64,000 nucleotides of DNA from contig JAPDJH010000005.1 in assembly GCA_029259175.1 (NCBI GenBank), positions 32,001 to 96,000 of the forward strand, in the 5' to 3' direction. Under the pieces are notes generated by a model. That model was not told where the DNA came from and did no database searches. It saw nothing but the letters and a program-made list of their open reading frames with translations. Position numbers and translations under genes: made by a program. The stretch is from Hadesarchaea archaeon. Lineage in GTDB: Archaea; Hadarchaeota; Hadarchaeia; Hadarchaeales; Hadarchaeaceae. The stretch's first letter is position 1; the number at the start of each line of letters is the position of its first letter. Shown one piece after another: positions 58,909-64,000 of the stretch.

Positions 58909-60018
58909 CTACTCCACGCGCATCATTTGGGTGCGGCCGTAATCGGAAATGACCCTCATGAAGCCCCTTAGCTGCTGATCCAGCTCGGGATCGCCCGTAT
59001 CTACTCTCAAAGCCCGCAAACCTGAAAGTTTGTGCATCGTCGCCACGACTAGGATGTTCCGCAATCCCACTCTTCGAATCACCTTTGGGCTGAACTGCTG
59101 GTTTCCGCGCCCAAAGACGAATCCCTGACCGCCAATAGGAGAGACCACTATTTTAGCCGCTTTATCTCTGATTAAATCCAAAATCTGTTTCTCGTTCAGA
59201 TCCCGGGCGATTATTTTTTTATTCAACACGGCATCGACACCGAGCAAGGTCTTGTCTTCTCCCAGCTGTTCGGCTATGGCACGGGTGGTCGTGCCCGGGC
59301 CCAGCAGATAGACCACCTCCGGCTCCATCTGCTCTACCACATATCGCGCAATCGCTCGTTGCTGTTCGAACTCCTCTTCGGCTTCCAAGCTCGCGAGTTT
59401 GGAGCCCTGAACCAAGCGTGGTTCATACGGCACCAACACGTACCCGTACAATCGGGCCGAGACCCTTCCTTCTCGGCAAGCCTCTTCGTCCACGTCCATC
59501 ACCTCTGCTTCGCGGAGAGGGAGCTCGTCCCACAAAAACTTCATTAGCGTCTCAGCTGCCGCCTCCGGATCCGTAGAAAACGCTCCGGAATGCATCTTAA
59601 CACCAGCAGGGACTGCCACCAGTGGTGTCTCGGTGTTCACTACGTCAAAAACGTCGCGCAGGGTTCCGTCCCCTCCAACCACTACGATCAGTTCACAGTT
59701 CTTGTCTAAGAACTCGCAAACAGCCCGTTTGGTATCTGCGGCTGTTGTTTTTTCTGAATCCAGCTTTCCCACCACGTGCGCTGGAAACTCGGCTTCTATG
59801 CATTCGTTTTCTCCCATGTCCTTGGGATAAGTTAACAATTCGAATTTGTGTCTCACCGGAGTCAACGCACGAAGCAATCGGACGGCTCGTTGGGGAGCAA
59901 CCGGCTTCGCTCCAAGTTCGGTAGCCTTTTGCAAAACCTCGGGCCCATCGGTTCCTTTGAGACCAACACTTCCGCCCATTCCAGCGATTGGATTAACAAC
60001 TAGTCCGATCTTTTTCAT
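58909..60018 (-). CDS. ATP-NAD/AcoX kinase family protein
   Basis: VNPIAGMGG.VGLKGTDG, GGDGT.RD, PAGVKMHS, TLLGVD, IGGQGF.FGRGNQQ, VDTGD. Confidence 0.9.
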   Translation of the reverse strand: MKKIGLVVNPIAGMGGSVGLKGTDGPEVLQKATELGAKPVAPQRAVRLLRALTPVRHKFELLTYPKDMGENECIEAEFPAHVVGKLDSEKTTAADTKRAVCEFLDKNCELIVVVGGDGTLRDVFDVVNTETPLVAVPAGVKMHSGAFSTDPEAAAETLMKFLWDELPLREAEVMDVDEEACREGRVSARLYGYVLVPYEPRLVQGSKLASLEAEEEFEQQRAIARYVVEQMEPEVVYLLGPGTTTRAIAEQLGEDKTLLGVDAVLNKKIIARDLNEKQILDLIRDKAAKIVVSPIGGQGFVFGRGNQQFSPKVIRRVGLRNILVVATMHKLSGLRALRVDTGDPELDQQLRGFMRVISDYGRTQMMRVE

Positions 60019-60040
60019 GTATGACGCTCCCGAACTGCTC

Positions 60041-60313
60041 TCAAGGTCCGGTTTTGACCAGCTCGCTCTTCGCTTCGTCTATGAGTTCGCACGCCCGAGT
60101 GTAGAAATCCTTCAGATACGCGCCAATTTTTCCATAGTCCTGGTTTTTTAGGGCCTCCTCGATCTTTGTGATCTCTTGCTCAAGCTGAAAAACATCATGG
60201 CATAGCTTTTCCTCAATCGAGAAACGCTTACCTAGATCATATGCGTCCAATTTGCGCCTATTTCTTCGTTCTACCCCTTCGACTTCTCGATTTTCCTTTT
60301 GCCGAAACAGCAC
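60041..60313 (-). CDS. hypothetical protein, paralogue of 60258-60614
   Basis: Shares DLGKR...EE..C...F.LE..IT.KIEEAL....YG..G.YL..FYT..CELID..K with its neighbour. Confidence 0.7.
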   Translation of the reverse strand: MLFRQKENREVEGVERRNRRKLDAYDLGKRFSIEEKLCHDVFQLEQEITKIEEALKNQDYGKIGAYLKDFYTRACELIDEAKSELVKTGP

Positions 60314-60614
60314 GTCTCATGCCTCCTTTTCTAACTTTTGAACCGCTCGCGGAGTGGGGGTTGGCAGTCATTCTTGGAGGGATTTGAATTCGAATCGCCT
60401 TCATTTCCTTTTTTGTTTTATCGATAAGCTCGCACACCTTGGTGTAGAACTCTCGCAAATAGCCCCCGACCGCTCCGTAATTTTCCTCTGAAAGCGCTTC
60501 CTCAATCTTCGTGGTTATTTGCTCCTCCAGCGCAAAGAGAGATCTACAAAATTGCTCTTCCGCCCTGTACCTCTTGCCCAGATCTATCTGGACCAATTTT
60601 CTTCGTTTGAGCAT
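60258..60614 (-). CDS. hypothetical protein, paralogue of 60041-60313
   Basis: Same ~60-aa helical core; TATA-like TTTATA upstream near 60648-60653. Confidence 0.7.
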   Translation of the reverse strand: MLKRRKLVQIDLGKRYRAEEQFCRSLFALEEQITTKIEEALSEENYGAVGGYLREFYTKVCELIDKTKKEMKAIRIQIPPRMTANPHSASGSKVRKGGMRRAVSAKGKSRSRRGRTKK

Positions 60615-60663
60615 CGGCCAGCCCCCAAATTTGTTTTTATTTCCCCTCTATAAAGGAAGTTCC

Positions 60664-62154
60664 TTACTTCCGCAAGCGAACAAATTGTTTCCAACTCAGA
60701 ATGGGCCGGCGCGACGCACGCACCTCATCGATCCTCGAAACGCTTGTAGAAAAGGGTGCGCGCTTCAGGGTTTCTGGATCCCTACGAGCCTCTTCAGCAA
60801 TCTGCTTCATCGCATCCACGAAACGATCTAATTCTTCTTTCGGCTCAGTTTCGGTGGGTTCGATCATCAACGCTTCGGGGACTATGGGCGGAAAGTAATA
60901 AGTTGGTGCGTGGAAGCCAAAATCGAGAAGCCGTTTGGCCACGTCGCGTGCGGTGACACCTGTCTCTCGCTTAAGAGGTTCAGCGCTAAGCACAAATTCG
61001 TGTTTGCATGGGGCCTCGGGATCATAACGAACCTCGAACCCGGGAATCCGGCGCAACTTTTCTTTCAAATAGTTAGCATTCAGCACCGCGACTTCGGTTG
61101 CTTCTTTAAGACCGGAGGCGCCCATCATCAAAAGATACGCATAAGCCTTCACCAAAACGGCAAAGTTGCCGAAGAAAGATCTTATTTTCCCTATGGACTT
61201 TGGACGATTATAGTCAAGCCAGTACTTGTCTTTGTCCTCATCGTATTGGATTATGGGTACCGGCAGATAGGGTTCAAGTTTCTCCGATACGCCCACTGGG
61301 CCTGCTCCGGGGCCTCCTCCACCGTGAGGGGTCGAAAATGTTTTGTGCAGATTGAAGTGTACGATATCGAATCCCATGTCACCCGGCCTCGTTTTGCCCA
61401 TGATGCCGTTGAGATTGGCACCGTCATAATAGAGCAGGGCGCCGGCATCGTGTAATATCGAGGCTATTTCTTTTATCTCGTGTTCAAAGAGACCAAGGGT
61501 ATTTGGGTTTGTCAACATGAACGCTGCTGTTCGATCCGAAACAGCTGCTCGGAGTGCCTCGACATCAACACGTCCGGTGGAATTCGATGGAATAACAACC
61601 ACGCGGAAACCAGCCATAGCAGCGCTCGCAAAATTCGTGCCATGAGCGGAATCGGGAATAACCACTTCGGTTCGATTTTCCCCTATGTCCTTGAAGTAGG
61701 CGCGCACAAGAAGCATGCCGAGAAGCTCTCCGTGAGCGCCGGCTGCTGGTTGTAGACAAACGCGTTTCACGCCTCCTATTTCCGCCAGCATGCGCTCCAG
61801 ACGGTAAAGAATCTCCAACGCCCCTTGAACGGTGGAAGCATCTTGTAGCGGATGAATGTCCCGGACTTGCGGCAAAGCCGAAAAATCCTCACATGCGCGG
61901 GGGTTGTACTTCATCGTGCACGAACCCAGAGGATACAGACCAGACTCTATCCCAAAGTTCATCTGTGAAAGACGAACATAGTGACGGACAACTTCTGGCT
62001 CTGAGAGTCTAGGAAGATTTAGTCTTTCGCGCCGCAGCTTGGGCGGGATTTCCGGAATTTCCTCGATCTCCGGGTTGAAAAATCCTCCTTCCCTCTCGCT
62101 CTGTGATAGCTCAAACACCAGAGGCTCCGGATATTTTGCCTGTCGATAAGTCAT
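60664..62154 (-). CDS. gcvPB: glycine dehydrogenase (decarboxylating) subunit 2
   Basis: YPLGSCTMKYNP, QPAAGAHGE, SAHGTN, YYDGAN.N, NLHKTFSTPHGGGGPG, MIEPTETE. Confidence 0.97.
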   Translation of the reverse strand: MTYRQAKYPEPLVFELSQSEREGGFFNPEIEEIPEIPPKLRRERLNLPRLSEPEVVRHYVRLSQMNFGIESGLYPLGSCTMKYNPRACEDFSALPQVRDIHPLQDASTVQGALEILYRLERMLAEIGGVKRVCLQPAAGAHGELLGMLLVRAYFKDIGENRTEVVIPDSAHGTNFASAAMAGFRVVVIPSNSTGRVDVEALRAAVSDRTAAFMLTNPNTLGLFEHEIKEIASILHDAGALLYYDGANLNGIMGKTRPGDMGFDIVHFNLHKTFSTPHGGGGPGAGPVGVSEKLEPYLPVPIIQYDEDKDKYWLDYNRPKSIGKIRSFFGNFAVLVKAYAYLLMMGASGLKEATEVAVLNANYLKEKLRRIPGFEVRYDPEAPCKHEFVLSAEPLKRETGVTARDVAKRLLDFGFHAPTYYFPPIVPEALMIEPTETEPKEELDRFVDAMKQIAEEARRDPETLKRAPFSTSVSRIDEVRASRRPILSWKQFVRLRK

Positions 62155-63530
62155 TTTTTACCCTCCATTATTTTTCCCGCAGCCTCAACGAATCGATCCA
62201 GATCTCTTTTGCTGTGAACCTCTGTGGAGCAAATCAGCTCTGATTCTCCAAGTTCTGGAAACTCGCTGACTAGAATATGGCCTCCGTGGATGTTTTCCTG
62301 GAGCAGCTTCTGGTTGAAATCGCGCATCGTTCCCCCATCTACGCGCCTCAAAACAAACTCGTTGAAATGAAATGCGTGAAAAGCGGGTGCATCCAACCCT
62401 TCGATTTCCGCAAGTCGTTTCATTAAATAGTGCGCGTTCGCCATGGAAATCGATGCCACCGTTTTCAGGCCTTCGGGGCCCATGCTTGCAAGATATGCGG
62501 CGGCAGCAATCGCACAAAGAGCCTCGTTCGAGCAAACGTTGGACGTCGCTCGCTCGCGCCGAATGTGTTGCTCACGTGTTTGAAGAACCATGCAAAACGC
62601 TCGCTCGTCACCATCCAAGGTTGAAGCCATCCCTATCAGGCGCCCAGGCATCTGGCGTACCAACTTCATATCGTTCCGGCAAGCAAAAATTCCCAAAGAG
62701 GGGCCACCAAAACTGGGTGACTGGCCCAACGGCTGGCCCTCACCCACCACCATATCGGCTCCATATTCGCCCGGTGGTTTGAACAAAGCCAACGAAATCG
62801 GGTTTACCCCAACAATGAATAAAGCGCCGGCACGGTGTGTGAGGTCAGAAATCTCATCCACTTGTTCTTCCAAAAAGCCGAGATAGCTGGGATTCTCGAT
62901 ATACACGCCCGCCACATCTTCGCTCAAAACGTTTCGGAGGTGATCCAAATCTATTTGGCCGGAGTTGGGGTCCTGATTGATTTCATCTACTCTCATTCCA
63001 ATCCCTTCGCAGTAATTTTGGAGGACCGATCTTCTTTCCGGAGAAATGAAATGGGGAACTAAAAACCGTCTGCGGCCAGTAACTCGGCAGGACATCAAAG
63101 CTGCTTCGCCAAGGGCTGTAGCCCAGTCATACATAGAAGCGTTCACGACTTCTAGTCCAATGAGTTCTGCGACGAGACTCTGATATTCGAAAAGGGCCTG
63201 CAGCAATCCCTGACTGGCTTCTGACTGGTAGGGGGTGTAAGCTGTGAGAAATTCTCCACGTTGCGTGATATACTTCACATGAGCGGGCACGTAATGGAAC
63301 CAGCACCCGCCACCGAGAAAAATTGGTATTTCGCCTTGGTACCGGTTTTTGCTCAAAACACGCCTGAGATGCCACAAGGTTTCCTGTTCAGACAGAGGAG
63401 GGGACAAATTCAGTCTGTCTGTCCTGAACTCTGGAGGGATATCTCGAAATAGCTCATCTACACTATCGATTCCCAATTCCTTTAACATTTCTTTAAGCAG
63501 GAAAGAGTTCGGGACGAAGCGGTGGCCCAT
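62151..63530 (-). CDS. gcvPA: glycine dehydrogenase (decarboxylating) subunit 1
   Basis: EFLTAYTPYQ.E.SQG.LQALFEYQ, NASMYD, LQTREQHIRRERATSNVC.N. Confidence 0.97.
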   Translation of the reverse strand: MGHRFVPNSFLLKEMLKELGIDSVDELFRDIPPEFRTDRLNLSPPLSEQETLWHLRRVLSKNRYQGEIPIFLGGGCWFHYVPAHVKYITQRGEFLTAYTPYQSEASQGLLQALFEYQSLVAELIGLEVVNASMYDWATALGEAALMSCRVTGRRRFLVPHFISPERRSVLQNYCEGIGMRVDEINQDPNSGQIDLDHLRNVLSEDVAGVYIENPSYLGFLEEQVDEISDLTHRAGALFIVGVNPISLALFKPPGEYGADMVVGEGQPLGQSPSFGGPSLGIFACRNDMKLVRQMPGRLIGMASTLDGDERAFCMVLQTREQHIRRERATSNVCSNEALCAIAAAAYLASMGPEGLKTVASISMANAHYLMKRLAEIEGLDAPAFHAFHFNEFVLRRVDGGTMRDFNQKLLQENIHGGHILVSEFPELGESELICSTEVHSKRDLDRFVEAAGKIMEGKK

Positions 63531-63539
63531 ACCTATCAG

Positions 63540-63956
63540 CTATTCGAGGGTCTTAATGTACTCCGCGTAGGCTTTCGCGTCCATCAGATTCTTGAGTTCG
63601 GCTTCCAGTGCACTGGGCTCCAGCACACATATCCAGCCCTCGTCGTAGGGGTTGGTGTTCAACAATTCAGGCTTGTCTCGAAGCGCCTCATTGACCTCTT
63701 TAACTACGCCGCTGAGAGGAGAATAGATCGCTGAAACAGCTTTGATGGACTCAGCAGCTCCCAGCTCCATCTCCTTGGATTTCGGCTCGGCCACTTGTTT
63801 TACTTGCTTACCGACTTCTGGAAGCTCCACATATACGACATCGCCCAGCTTGCTCTGGGCGTAATCCGTGATCCCCGTTCGCGCCACGTTGCCCTCGACT
63901 TTCACCCATTCGTGTTCTTTTGAATAGTATAAACCCTCGGGGATTTTGTATTCCAT
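63540..63956 (-). CDS. gcvH: glycine cleavage system H protein
   Basis: YSKEHEWV, GITDYAQ..LGDVVYVELP, ESIKAVS lipoyl-Lys, N..PY..GW; start 63956 or 63974. Confidence 0.96.
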   Translation of the reverse strand: MEYKIPEGLYYSKEHEWVKVEGNVARTGITDYAQSKLGDVVYVELPEVGKQVKQVAEPKSKEMELGAAESIKAVSAIYSPLSGVVKEVNEALRDKPELLNTNPYDEGWICVLEPSALEAELKNLMDAKAYAEYIKTLE

Positions 63957-64000
63957 TTTCTCACCAAATTCCATTATCTCTCCGGTTTAAAAGCATGAAA

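Noticed and set aside
1-64000. CRISPR arrays, transposases, integrases and inteins
   Set aside because: No regularly spaced repeats or recombinase motifs seen; usual intein hosts (rgy, infB, atpA, cdc6) are of normal length.

Overview
This is a gene-dense chromosomal segment from a thermophilic archaeon (reverse gyrase present). Gene content and order suggest a Euryarchaeota-related lineage, possibly Hadarchaeota, but that is inference. It is mostly housekeeping: translation (rpl7ae, rps28e, rpl24e, ndk, aIF5B, rps6e, aIF2-gamma, uL16, pheST, trpS, pth2, NAC), transcription (rpo7, spt4, a truncated TFS paralogue), tRNA processing (split arcTGT, Trm5/Taw2-like, TrmI, EndA, tRNA-Pro), lipid synthesis (HMG-CoA synthase/thiolase/DUF35, uppS, GGR, a radical SAM/SPASM enzyme that may be a GMGT synthase), energy (A1AO ATP synthase, membrane pyrophosphatase, PPDK, two cation/proton antiporters), glycine cleavage and Cdc6. 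I found no CRISPR array, transposase or integrase. The most notable items are not in the ORF track or depart from usual gene order: (1) a canonical box C/D guide RNA antisense to the atpB 3' end, predicted to target C34 of tRNA-Leu(CAA); (2) an unexplained structured RNA candidate divergent from the radical SAM gene; (3) a 55-aa CxxC-x17-CxxC gene with a three-way-junction leader next to tRNA-Pro; (4) an ATP synthase operon split into two divergent halves; (5) a TFS paralogue lacking its catalytic ribbon; (6) a SecDF pair that appears to lack the ion-conducting aspartates; (7) a tandem pair of unknown small paralogues after gcvP. No single clearly novel multi-gene system is demonstrable from sequence alone; the 51.4-54.1 kb block is the best candidate region.
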